NCBI GenBank assembly: GCA_016214075.1
Contig: JACRPI010000020.1
Location: 55,917-119,916, forward strand
Direction: 5' to 3'
DNA length: 64,000 nucleotides
Origin: Candidatus Woesearchaeota archaeon
GTDB taxonomy: Archaea > Nanobdellota > Nanobdellia > Woesearchaeales > DSVV01
In this document: in pieces, positions 9,885 to 22,867 of the stretch
Layout of the letters: the number at the start of each line of letters is the position of its first letter
Numbering within the stretch: the first letter of the stretch is position 1
Position numbers and translations under genes: made by a program
The notes under the pieces: generated by a model
Database searches by the model: none
What the model saw: the letters and a program-made list of their open reading frames with translations, nothing else
Told to the model about the DNA's origin: nothing

Positions 9885-9959
9885 GGGCCGTTAGCTCAGC
9901 CTGGCTAGAGCACAACACTTTTAATGTTGGGGTCACGGGTTCGAATCCCGCACGGCCCG
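9885..9959 (+). tRNA. tRNA-Lys(UUU); no encoded CCA
   Basis: Acceptor GGGCCGT/ACGGCCC; CAACA-CTTTTAA-TGTTG anticodon arm; GGGTTCGAATCCC T arm. Confidence 0.96.
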
Positions 9960-10045
9960 TTTCATAATAATAGTAGGCGTGCGAGATATGAAGTCTGCAC
10001 GGTGTCATATTAAAAAAACAGCATCACAATCGAAGGTGGGGAAGC

Positions 10046-10291
10046 ATGGCAAAAAAAACATTTGATGTTAACACGCACGCACTTGTGCCAGAACATATTG
10101 TTCTTTCTGAAAAAGAAAAGAACCAAATCTTTGAAAAATATTCTATCTCTTTCAAAGAACTTCCGAAAATTCTTGCAAATGATCCAGTTATCAAACAGTT
10201 GAAACTTAAATCCGGCGATGTTATCAAGATCGTCAAAAAAAGCCCAACTGCAGGTATTGCAGAATATTACCGAGGTGTTATCAGTGAATAA
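10046..10291 (+). CDS. rpoH: RNA polymerase subunit H (Rpo5)
   Basis: HALVPEHIVL, LPKILANDP, GDVIKIVKKSPTAG. Confidence 0.97.
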   Translation: MAKKTFDVNTHALVPEHIVLSEKEKNQIFEKYSISFKELPKILANDPVIKQLKLKSGDVIKIVKKSPTAGIAEYYRGVISE

Positions 10292-11768
10292 ATACTCCAA
10301 GCTTTTAATTGAAAAGTATTTCGAAGAGCACTCTCTTGTCGCGTCTAACATTGTTTCTTTCAATAATTTTATTGATTTTGAACTGCAAAATGTTATTGAA
10401 CAAAACAAAATTGTCGAGCCAACAATTATTCCTCACAACATTGATGAATTTAAAATTCGCTTTGACAAAATCTGGGTCACAAAACCAGAAATTACTGAAG
10501 CAGATGGTTCCAAACGACCAATTTATCCTGCAGAAGCTCGCTTGAGAAAACTCAGCTACGCAGCCCCTATTTTTATTGAAGTTAGCGCACACATCAATGG
10601 TATTCAGCGAGAATCTTTTGTCACGCAGGTAGGAAGTCTTCCTATTATGCTTCGCTCTAAATATTGTCATCTTTCCGGATTAAGCAAAGAAGACTTAATC
10701 GCGAAAGGAGAAGATCCGAACGACCTCGGTGGTTATTTCATTATCAATGGAACAGAGCGTGTTCTTATTAACATTGAAGATCTTGCAGCAAACAAGTTTC
10801 TTGTTGAAGAAGATTCCCTCACTGCAAATAAATTTGTCGGAAAACTTTTTTCAGAGTACGGATCCTATAAAATCCCGCATTCTATTGAGAAACTCAACGA
10901 TGGGCTCTTTTATATTACATTTACACGCGTCAAACGTATCCCTATAATTCCAATCATCAAAGCATTGGGCTTAACGAAGGATGAAGAGATCATGCGCCAC
11001 ATTACTGGTGGCGAACAAAGTGACGCGGTCTTCGTCAACCTCTACGAATTCGTTGACATCAAAAATGAAGAAGAAGCTCTTGATTATGTCGCGAAAAAAA
11101 TAGGCATTACGCAGGCAAAAGATATTCGTATCGAGCGTATGAAAGAAGTTGTTGACAAATATTTATTGCCACATCTCGGCATCACGGAAAAAGACCGTCC
11201 TGCAAAAGCATACAATCTTTGCAAATACATTCGAAAATACTTGCAGGTCGCGGCAGGAGAATTGCCTGTTGACGATAAAGATCATTACATGAACAAGCGC
11301 GTTAAAATGAGTGGAGATCTTCTCGCAGATCTTTTCCAAGTGAATCTTAAAGTGCTTATTGGAGATCTTCTCTATAACTTCCAGCGCATTGTCAAGCGAG
11401 GAAAGTTCCCTTCCATTAAAGTGGTTATCAGAGAAAAATTATTGACGAGTAGAATTTACAGCTCCATGGCAACAGGATCTTGGGTTGGTGGACGAATGGG
11501 AGTAAGCCAGCGTATTCAACGTATTAACTTCCTTGAAACACTCAGCCACTTGCAGCGAGTTATTTCTCCGCTCAGCGCGAGCCAAGAGAACTTCGAAGCA
11601 CGTGAGTTGCACGCAACACACCTTGGGCGATTATGTCCTATTGAAACTCCTGAAGGAACGAACATTGGGTTGCGTAAAAATCTTGCACTTGTTGCAGAGA
11701 TTTCCCATGATTCAGATGAACAAGTAGTGCTCAAGCAGCTCAAGATGCTTGGCCTTAAGTCAGCGTAA
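10284..11768 (+). CDS. rpoB2: RNA polymerase subunit B'' (Rpo2 N-terminal part)
   Basis: GTG start with GAGGTG SD; GGYFIINGTERV; GRLCPIETPEGTNIGL. Confidence 0.97.
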   Translation: MNKYSKLLIEKYFEEHSLVASNIVSFNNFIDFELQNVIEQNKIVEPTIIPHNIDEFKIRFDKIWVTKPEITEADGSKRPIYPAEARLRKLSYAAPIFIEVSAHINGIQRESFVTQVGSLPIMLRSKYCHLSGLSKEDLIAKGEDPNDLGGYFIINGTERVLINIEDLAANKFLVEEDSLTANKFVGKLFSEYGSYKIPHSIEKLNDGLFYITFTRVKRIPIIPIIKALGLTKDEEIMRHITGGEQSDAVFVNLYEFVDIKNEEEALDYVAKKIGITQAKDIRIERMKEVVDKYLLPHLGITEKDRPAKAYNLCKYIRKYLQVAAGELPVDDKDHYMNKRVKMSGDLLADLFQVNLKVLIGDLLYNFQRIVKRGKFPSIKVVIREKLLTSRIYSSMATGSWVGGRMGVSQRIQRINFLETLSHLQRVISPLSASQENFEARELHATHLGRLCPIETPEGTNIGLRKNLALVAEISHDSDEQVVLKQLKMLGLKSA

Positions 11769-11780
11769 TGGTGATTAAAA

Positions 11781-13583
11781 ATGGTTGATGTCTATCTTAA
11801 CGGAAAATATGCAGGCGCAGTTGATAACGCACAGGACTTTATTGATCAAGTCATCTCTGAGCGAAGACGAGGAAAGCTTTCCGCAAATATTAATGTCTAT
11901 CATCCGAAAGAATACAATCAGGTTTTTATTGAAGCATCCAAAGGTCGTGTGCGACGACCGCTTATTGTCGTGAAAGACGGAAAATCAACGCTTACTGAAA
12001 AACAAGTTGCACAGCTTGAGAAAAATGAACTTTCCTGGAGTGATCTTGTGAATCAGGGAGTTATTGAATATGTTGACGCAGCTGAAGAAGAAAACATTCT
12101 TGTTGCATTTAGTCCTGAAGATTTGACTCCATCTCACACCCATCTTGAAATTGCTCCAATGGCTATCTTAGGATTATCCACTTCTCTTGTTCCATTTGGA
12201 AATTACAACCAGAGCACGCGTCTCAACGCGGGAAGCAAAAACCAGAAACAATCTCTTGGTTTTTACGCAGCAAATTATCACGTGCGCATGGACATGGACG
12301 TCAACATTCTTGACAACCCGCATCAGCCACTCTGTAAAACAGTCATGCATGATATCGTTGGTTACAATGAACATCCTTCTGGACAGAACATTGTTGTCGC
12401 TGTCATGAGCTACCGCGGATATAACATGGAGGATTCGGTTATTCTCAATAAATCCTCTATTCAACGAGGATTTGGACGATCTACATACTTCAGACCTTGC
12501 GTGAGCGAAGAACTTCGCTACAGTGGCGGTCTTGTTGATCAGATTGGGGTTCCTGACAAAGAAGTCAAAGGATACAAATCAGAACGCGATTACCGCTTCC
12601 TTGAAGAAGATGGTATTATTTATCCAGAATCTCAGGTTGCTGAAGGCGATGTTGTTATTGGAAAAACATCCCCTCCTCGATTCTTGAGCAGCATGGATGA
12701 ATTTAATCTTAACTCTAATCTACGACGAGAATCTTCTGTTTCCATCGCGCATGGAGATCAGGGAGTCGTTGACTTTGTTTTAGTTACTGAGAACGAAGAA
12801 GGAAACAAACTTGTTCAGGTACGACTCCGCGACCTTCGCATTCCGGAAGTAGGAGATAAATTTACCTCCAGACACGGACAGAAAGGGGTTGTTGGAATGA
12901 TTGTTGAACAAGAAGACATGCCATTTAGCGCATCTGGAATTACTCCAGACCTTATCTTCTCGCCGCACGGTATCCCGTCTCGTATGACTATTGCGCATCT
13001 TATTGAACTTGTCGGCGCTAAAGTTGGCGCGCTTTCTGGACGATACATTGATGGTACAACATTTGAAGCAGAAACAGAAGAAGGATTACGTCATGAACTT
13101 GTTTCTCATGGATTCCGTGAAAATGGAACAGAAGTTATGTACAATGGTTTGACTGGTGAAAAATTCCAGGCACGTATTTATGTTGGAAATATGTATTATC
13201 TCAAACTCAGGCACATGGTCGCGAACAAATTGCACTCCCGTGCTCGTGGTCCAGTACAACTCTTGACACGACAGCCTACAGAAGGTCGCGCGAAAGAAGG
13301 AGGATTGCGACTTGGAGAAATGGAGAAAGATACTTTCGTCGCGCATGGCGCGGCACTCCTCTTGAAAGAACGCTTCGATTCTGACAAGACTGTGCTTGCA
13401 GTGTGTGAAGATTGTGGTCTTCTCGCAATCCATGATGAATACAAAAATAGATCCCATTGTCCTGTTTGCGGAGAAAACTCCAACATTTCGCAGGTTGAAA
13501 TTGCGTACGCGTTCAAACTCCTGCTCGATGAGTTAAAAGGACTTTGCGTCTATCCTCGCATTGAATTAAAAAATAAATACTAA
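11781..13583 (+). CDS. rpoB1: RNA polymerase subunit B' (Rpo2 C-terminal part)
   Basis: GYNMEDS, GDKFTSRHGQKG, RQPTEGRAKEGGLRLGEME, Zn ribbon. Confidence 0.98.
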   Translation: MVDVYLNGKYAGAVDNAQDFIDQVISERRRGKLSANINVYHPKEYNQVFIEASKGRVRRPLIVVKDGKSTLTEKQVAQLEKNELSWSDLVNQGVIEYVDAAEEENILVAFSPEDLTPSHTHLEIAPMAILGLSTSLVPFGNYNQSTRLNAGSKNQKQSLGFYAANYHVRMDMDVNILDNPHQPLCKTVMHDIVGYNEHPSGQNIVVAVMSYRGYNMEDSVILNKSSIQRGFGRSTYFRPCVSEELRYSGGLVDQIGVPDKEVKGYKSERDYRFLEEDGIIYPESQVAEGDVVIGKTSPPRFLSSMDEFNLNSNLRRESSVSIAHGDQGVVDFVLVTENEEGNKLVQVRLRDLRIPEVGDKFTSRHGQKGVVGMIVEQEDMPFSASGITPDLIFSPHGIPSRMTIAHLIELVGAKVGALSGRYIDGTTFEAETEEGLRHELVSHGFRENGTEVMYNGLTGEKFQARIYVGNMYYLKLRHMVANKLHSRARGPVQLLTRQPTEGRAKEGGLRLGEMEKDTFVAHGAALLLKERFDSDKTVLAVCEDCGLLAIHDEYKNRSHCPVCGENSNISQVEIAYAFKLLLDELKGLCVYPRIELKNKY

Positions 13584-13599
13584 CCAAAAGGTGAACTGC

Positions 13600-17360
<3,761 letters not shown>

Positions 17361-17390
17361 AAAAGCATCACGATACGGAGTTGATTATGT

Positions 17391-17672
17391 ATGGCAGTAA
17401 AAGAAATGGACGCAAACATTAGTGAATTAAAGAAACTACTCAAATCAGACAAGATTATTCTTGGAACAGATCGCACGCTCAAACTTTTGAAGCTTGGGAC
17501 AACAGATCGTGTTTTTCTCTCCAGCAATTGTCCTGAAGAAGTCAAGAAGGATATTGAGTATTACGCAAAACTTTCCAATGTTCCATTAATTTATCTCAAA
17601 CAGCCAAATGATGAATTGGGCATTCTTTGTAAAAAACCATATCCGGTTTCTGTCCTCAGCGTGACCCAATAA
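17391..17672 (+). CDS. rpl30e: Ribosomal protein L30e
   Basis: IILGTDRTLK, SSNCP, ELGILCKKPYPVSVL; canonical position after rpoA''. Confidence 0.95.
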   Translation: MAVKEMDANISELKKLLKSDKIILGTDRTLKLLKLGTTDRVFLSSNCPEEVKKDIEYYAKLSNVPLIYLKQPNDELGILCKKPYPVSVLSVTQ

Positions 17673-17687
17673 TTTTTTGTGAATGTC

Positions 17688-18107
17688 ATGGTAAAAATCA
17701 CCTATACACAGGAACTCATGGGAACCATGGCTCTTTTTGATAAGATTACGCACGTTTCGCTCAAAGACTGCTTTGAAGACAAACACGGATTACTCACTTT
17801 TGTTGTTGATGCGCAGGATCTTGGGAAGGCAATTGGCAAAGGCGCTGTTTGTGTCCGACGATTAGAACAGCTCCTGAAACGGCGTATTCGTGTTATTGGA
17901 TTTCATCCAGATCTTCTGGAATTCGTGAAATATGTTATTCATCCACTACAAGCTCTTGTCGAGCAGGAAGACACTGTTCTCATCCTCAAAAATGAGGACA
18001 GAAAAACAAAAAGTTTATTAATAGGCAGAAACGCCCAGAACCTACGCAATACAGAATCTATTATTCAGCGATATTTTCCAAATATCGTCGAAGTTAAGGT
18101 TGTTTGA
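17688..18107 (+). CDS. nusA: Archaeal NusA (KH domains)
   Basis: GKAIGKGA, LIGRNAQNL; canonical operon position. Confidence 0.93.
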   Translation: MVKITYTQELMGTMALFDKITHVSLKDCFEDKHGLLTFVVDAQDLGKAIGKGAVCVRRLEQLLKRRIRVIGFHPDLLEFVKYVIHPLQALVEQEDTVLILKNEDRKTKSLLIGRNAQNLRNTESIIQRYFPNIVEVKVV

Positions 18108-18172
18108 TTGTGATAATAACTGTTAAAACTGACAAAAAATAAATAAAAAAAACAAGATAAAAGTGAACAAAC

Positions 18173-18592
18173 ATGGGAAAAAAAGCACGCGGAATTAATG
18201 CAGGAAAAAAATTGAAAAAAAGACGACATACATTCAAAAAAATCAGTAGAACAGTTCTTCGACTTCGCTCTGATCCATTAGGAGGATCTCATCAAGCAAA
18301 AGCAATTGTTCTTGAAAAGCTTCAGCTTGAAGCAAAACAGCCAAACTCAGCAATGAGAAAGTGCGCTCGTGTTCAGCTCATCAAAAACGGAAAACAAGTT
18401 ACCGCTTTCCTTCCAGGAGACGGCGCAACAAAGCTTGTTGATGAACACGATGAAGTACTCATTGAATGTATTGGTGGAAAATCCGGCCGAGCAAAAGGAG
18501 ATATTCCTGGTGTTCGATGGCAGGTTATCAAAGTCAATGATCAGTCTCTTAACGCACTACGACGCGGTAAGCTTGAGAAAGCTCGTAAATAA
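18173..18592 (+). CDS. rps12: Ribosomal protein S12 (uS12)
   Basis: [27 protein letters not shown]. Confidence 0.98.
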   Translation: MGKKARGINAGKKLKKRRHTFKKISRTVLRLRSDPLGGSHQAKAIVLEKLQLEAKQPNSAMRKCARVQLIKNGKQVTAFLPGDGATKLVDEHDEVLIECIGGKSGRAKGDIPGVRWQVIKVNDQSLNALRRGKLEKARK

Positions 18593-18610
18593 AAATAGAA
18601 GGTATCGACA

Positions 18611-19210
18611 ATGGCAGAAATCAAACTTTTTAACAAATGGTCTGTTCAAGGCATCACAGCACAGGATCCAGGATTGCAGTCTTACATTAGTCTGCGTCCA
18701 GTTTTCGCACCAAAGACCGGTGCACGCTACGCTGGCAACAAATTTCATAAATCCAAGATTAATGTTGTTGAACGACTCATTAACAAGATTTTGATTCCAG
18801 GTCATAAAGCAAGAAAACACTTTAAGTCCAGCGGGCACATTACAGGAAAAGCTTCTCACGCGTACACGCTTGTTGAAGAATGCTTCAATATCATCGAACA
18901 ACGCTTGAAGAAAAATCCTGTAGAAGTGTTTGTCAAAGCAATTGAAAACGCAGCTCCTCGTGAAGAGATTATCACTATCGAATATGGTGGCGCTCGTTAT
19001 CCAAAAGCAGTTGAGTGCGCTCCACAGCGACGTATTGACATTGCATTACGATACTTTACGCAAAGCAGCTATCAAAAATCGTTCAATACAAAGAAACCAT
19101 TTGTTCAATATCTTGCAGATGAACTTATCGCAGCATACCAATGCAGCAGCAACTCTCTTGCAGTTTCCAAGAAAAACGAACTTGAACGACAGGCGGATAG
19201 CAGTAGATAG
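18611..19210 (+). CDS. rps7: Ribosomal protein S7 (uS7)
   Basis: VVERLINK, AIENAAPREE, APQRRIDIALR. Confidence 0.98.
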   Translation: MAEIKLFNKWSVQGITAQDPGLQSYISLRPVFAPKTGARYAGNKFHKSKINVVERLINKILIPGHKARKHFKSSGHITGKASHAYTLVEECFNIIEQRLKKNPVEVFVKAIENAAPREEIITIEYGGARYPKAVECAPQRRIDIALRYFTQSSYQKSFNTKKPFVQYLADELIAAYQCSSNSLAVSKKNELERQADSSR

Positions 19211-19317
19211 GGTTTGACTTTTTTTACTTCTTTTTTTAGTATATTTTTTCTTTTCTTTCATCCTATCTTTATTTTATCTTTTTTCTTTATTTGTGTTTGG
19301 CATAAACTTTACTAATA

Positions 19318-19391
19318 ACCCCATTGCTGCGGCAATGGGTCCCCCTGACATTTCTTTTTCACTGAGCGAATATTTTATTTGTGGGTGCGTG
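19318..19391 (+). repeat. Dispersed hairpin element, copy 2
   Basis: ACCCCATTGC-TGCG-GCAATGGGTCCCCCTGAC ... CTGAGCGAATATT ... GGTGCGTG. Confidence 0.9.
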
Positions 19392-19497
19392 TTGTTGTCC
19401 TTCGTTTCTTTGGTTGGTGTTGTAAAACTTATACTCAAAGAAGTAAAGTTGTTTCTATTTCAAAAACTATTTATACTCTAATGACTTACTTCATACC

Positions 19498-20115
19498 ATG
19501 TGGACCTTCAAAAAATCGTGGAAACTTATTCTTGACAACCCTGAGCTTATTTCTTATGAACTTGCTTCAAAGGAACTTCGGGTTAGAATTGAAGCACGCC
19601 AGACAGACGAGAATATGTGGACTATTTTCAAGACATATCATGATGACGCCTCATTTACTTATACACAGGAATATCGCGCGTCAACCCGTGATGAAGCACA
19701 AAAAATAATTGCTTCTCTCCAAAATGAAAAGGTGTTGTCTAAAATAGAATTGCATGATCTCAAGCTTGTGCAGGCAAAAAAAGTTGCTGTCAAAGTTAAA
19801 CGACAGTTTAAAGATTACAATGTTGAAAAATGGAACTTTGCAGTCAATGATGAAGCGTATGAAAACGTCGTGTACGTTCGTGACGCTGATGTGAGTGACG
19901 TGAGCATTATCATGCATGAAAAAAATAAGCAATTTGAAGCAAATATTCTGTATGAACTCAAAAATGTGTTAGGTTTTGAGACGTCTGATCTTGACATTAA
20001 GCAAGAGTTGTACTATTATTCGACAAAATCTGACGACTACAAGAAAAACAATAAATTCAGTTTTGTTTTTGGCAATGTTGAAATGGGATTTGACACGCCA
20101 AATGATGAGAAGTAG
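19498..20115 (+). CDS. Hypothetical protein
   Basis: 205-aa ORF; no recognised family. Confidence 0.7.
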   Translation: MWTFKKSWKLILDNPELISYELASKELRVRIEARQTDENMWTIFKTYHDDASFTYTQEYRASTRDEAQKIIASLQNEKVLSKIELHDLKLVQAKKVAVKVKRQFKDYNVEKWNFAVNDEAYENVVYVRDADVSDVSIIMHEKNKQFEANILYELKNVLGFETSDLDIKQELYYYSTKSDDYKKNNKFSFVFGNVEMGFDTPNDEK

Positions 20116-20193
20116 TTCTTTTGTCTTCTTTCTCTTTGAATAGTGCCTTTCAAGCCATAACCATTATAAATTTCCTCACACTTTTGTTCTTTT

Positions 20194-21291
20194 ATGGCTG
20201 ATTATTCGACGCAAATTTTAGATCTTGAAAAAGAACTTTCCAATACAAAATATAACAAACGAACGCAGGGACATATTGGACTTGTTAAAGCAAAACTTGC
20301 TATGCTCAAAGAGAAAGAGCGCGCGCGTTCCAGCGGTGGCGCAAAAGGGCAAGGTTTTTCTGTTCGTAAAACAGGAGACGCTTCTGTCATCATGATCGGT
20401 TTTCCTTCCGCGGGAAAATCGACGCTTCTCAACGCAATCACCAACGCAAACTCTCCTGTTGGCGCGTATGAGTTTACCACCCTTGATGTTATTCCTGGTT
20501 TGCTTGAACACAAACACGCAAAAATTCAAGTTCTTGACGTTCCTGGGATTGTCCGTGGCGCAGCAATGGGTCGTGGACGCGGGAAAGAAGTTCTCGCAGT
20601 CATGCAAAACGCAGACGCAGTGTTGTTTATCGTTGATGTTAATAGACCAGAAGCGCTCGCTGTTCTTCAGCAGGAAGTATACGACGCAAATATTCGAGTC
20701 AATCAACGAAAACCTGACGTGAAAATTGTTCGAAAAACACGAGGCGGTGTGAGTATTGGTAAGACTGTGCAGTGTCCTGATTTAGATAATAAAACCATTG
20801 AAGCGATTTTCAAAGAAATGCGTTTGAATAATGTTGATGTTGTTATTCGAACCCCAATTGGTCCTGATCAACTTATTGACATTATTGAGGGAAATAAACA
20901 TTACCTGCCCGGCATTGTTATTTTGAACAAAATGGATATGGTTACTCTAGATGAGTTGGAGATTATTAAGAAAAATATCCACGCAGATGTTTGTATTAGC
21001 GCTGATAAAAAAATGAATACTGAACTCGTGAAGGATTTAATTTTTGACAGACTTGATTTGATTCGTTTGTATTGCAAGCAGATTGGGAAAAAGGCAGACA
21101 TGGATGTTCCGCTCATTATGCGACGGGGAACAACGCTTCATGACATGTGCCAGAAATTGCACAAAGATTTTGTTGAGAAATTTCGCTTTGCGAAAATTTG
21201 GGGAACATCTGTTAAATTTAACGCGCAGCCTATTCTGAAATTAAAGCATACATTGCATGATAAAGATGTTGTTGAATTGCATATGAAGTAG
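20194..21291 (+). CDS. drg: DRG/Rbg (Obg-family) GTPase with TGS domain
   Basis: GFPSAGKST, YEFTTL, DVPG, NKMD; C-terminal TGS (HTLHDKDVVEL). Confidence 0.95.
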   Translation: MADYSTQILDLEKELSNTKYNKRTQGHIGLVKAKLAMLKEKERARSSGGAKGQGFSVRKTGDASVIMIGFPSAGKSTLLNAITNANSPVGAYEFTTLDVIPGLLEHKHAKIQVLDVPGIVRGAAMGRGRGKEVLAVMQNADAVLFIVDVNRPEALAVLQQEVYDANIRVNQRKPDVKIVRKTRGGVSIGKTVQCPDLDNKTIEAIFKEMRLNNVDVVIRTPIGPDQLIDIIEGNKHYLPGIVILNKMDMVTLDELEIIKKNIHADVCISADKKMNTELVKDLIFDRLDLIRLYCKQIGKKADMDVPLIMRRGTTLHDMCQKLHKDFVEKFRFAKIWGTSVKFNAQPILKLKHTLHDKDVVELHMK

Positions 21292-21303
21292 ATAATTTAC
21301 TAT

Positions 21304-21648
21304 TCATCTCTTCGATCTTGTATAGTAAGAAAATGGTACAACACCAATGACCCCAAAAATAATGAATCCCCAATGATAATTACTTCTTTCTGTATCTGCT
21401 TCTGTGATTTCAGGATTACTTTCTAATGTACTCTTTCTTGCTTCAAGCTGTTTCATTGCAGTTTCTCTTACCGTGTCATCTAGGTACTGCAATCCTTTAG
21501 TAGCGTTTAATGTTTCTCTCACTGCATAAAGTTCTCTCAAGTCTTCTCTTTGATCTAATTGTGTGACTTGCTGACCACAGTAATACGCACTGCCTAATCC
21601 TATAATTGTTGCTGCGACTCCTGCATACGTGAGTATTTTGCTTGTCAT
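21304..21648 (-). CDS. Hypothetical two-TM membrane protein
   Basis: N- and C-terminal hydrophobic helices flanking a charged helical segment. Confidence 0.7.
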   Translation of the reverse strand: MTSKILTYAGVAATIIGLGSAYYCGQQVTQLDQREDLRELYAVRETLNATKGLQYLDDTVRETAMKQLEARKSTLESNPEITEADTERSNYHWGFIIFGVIGVVPFSYYTRSKR

Positions 21649-21684
21649 TGTTTTTCCCCCGTGGTTAGGTTGTTCTTTCCTGTT

Positions 21685-22086
21685 TTAATAGTTTACTGTT
21701 TTTTCTCTTCTTCTATACGCATTTTCATATTCTTTTATACTCAGGAGTGTTATAAATGGTCCAAATAAAGCAAACATTAATGCCAGTACTCCTCTATCTG
21801 TGTGGTAATCTAATTCTTCTCTCGCTTCTCTTATTTCTGCTTGCTCAGGATGAAGTTCTTTTAACTTTCCTTCAATAGAAGCATATAACTCTGCATTTCC
21901 TTGCGCAACACGATTTTGATACGCTCTTCTTTCTCTAATCCTTTCTAGCTTATTTATTTCACTTATTTCAGGATACCGTTCATGAATTCTTATTGTTTCA
22001 GCTATTTCATATGCAGCAAGGCTCGCACTACTTATTCCTACCATTGCCACTACCAGTAAACCTATATTTCTTACTGTTCTTGTCAT
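21685..22086 (-). CDS. Hypothetical two-TM membrane protein, probable distant paralogue of neighbour
   Basis: Same architecture; EIREAREELDYH vs EITEADTERSNYH. Confidence 0.7.
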   Translation of the reverse strand: MTRTVRNIGLLVVAMVGISSASLAAYEIAETIRIHERYPEISEINKLERIRERRAYQNRVAQGNAELYASIEGKLKELHPEQAEIREAREELDYHTDRGVLALMFALFGPFITLLSIKEYENAYRRREKTVNY

Positions 22087-22180
22087 TTTTCTAAGAGACT
22101 GCTCTCTCCTTTAATAGTTTTCTTGTTTCTTTTTTTTCTCTATTTCACTTTCGAAACATTTAAATACTTCTACATGTTAA

Positions 22181-22195
22181 CACGTAGAATACGTG
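22181..22195. promoter_or_regulatory. Candidate operator upstream of antitoxin-like gene
   Basis: CACGTA-GAA-TACGTG between TATA-like TTTAAATA (22160-22167) and GAGGTG SD. Confidence 0.45.
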
Positions 22196-22206
22196 AGGTG
22201 TTGACT

Positions 22207-22425
22207 GTGGCTCATAATATGACTGTTACCGTTGAAGATAATTTATGGGGTGAGATGCAACAGCATCCAGAGATTCGCTGGGGTACTGTTATGAAAGAAG
22301 CAGCTCGGGAAAAATTAAAAGCGCTTTTCATCCTTCAAAGGCTTGCTGCGAAATCATCGTTTACTGAAAAAGAGATTGAGGAGATTTCAGTAAAGCTTGG
22401 AAAAAAAATAACTGGAAGAAAATAA
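22207..22425 (+). CDS. Putative RHH-type antitoxin
   Basis: GTG start after GAGGTG; NMTVTVEDNLWGEMQQHPEIRWGTVMKEA resembles the archaeal 'HPEIxW' antitoxin family. Confidence 0.75.
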   Translation: MAHNMTVTVEDNLWGEMQQHPEIRWGTVMKEAAREKLKALFILQRLAAKSSFTEKEIEEISVKLGKKITGRK

Positions 22426-22426
22426 C

Positions 22427-22867
22427 TTATTTATTGTCTTCAATGAATTCATTTGTGTTCTTTGTCTTTACTATCTTTTGTTCTCTAAAATCTTTATCAT
22501 TTGTCCATATAAAATTCGCATTTATTCTAAGCGCAGTTGCAATATACGTAGCATCTTTTATATCTCTCTTTTTCATTATTTCTTCTGCTTTGTTCATGCA
22601 GTTACCATAATCACTTTCATTTACAATGGTAACATATCTTAGCAATGCACGTATTTCATTCTCAAACTCTTCTGGCATCTTTCTTGCTTCTTTACAAATA
22701 GCTTCTTTATGTTTTCTTATCTCTTCTATAATATATTGCGGTGCATAAAAAGAGTAGTTTTGCGCTGTTAGAATTATTAGTGTTGCTCTTGATCCAAAGA
22801 GTGCTGCGATTATAATGTTTGCATCTACTACTATTCTTGCTCTCTTCGGTCTTATCCATCCTCTCAT
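22427..22867 (-). CDS. vapC: PIN-domain protein (VapC-like)
   Basis: IVVDANIIIAAL, DIKDATYIATAL, IWTNDKDF. Confidence 0.9.
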   Translation of the reverse strand: MRGWIRPKRARIVVDANIIIAALFGSRATLIILTAQNYSFYAPQYIIEEIRKHKEAICKEARKMPEEFENEIRALLRYVTIVNESDYGNCMNKAEEIMKKRDIKDATYIATALRINANFIWTNDKDFREQKIVKTKNTNEFIEDNK

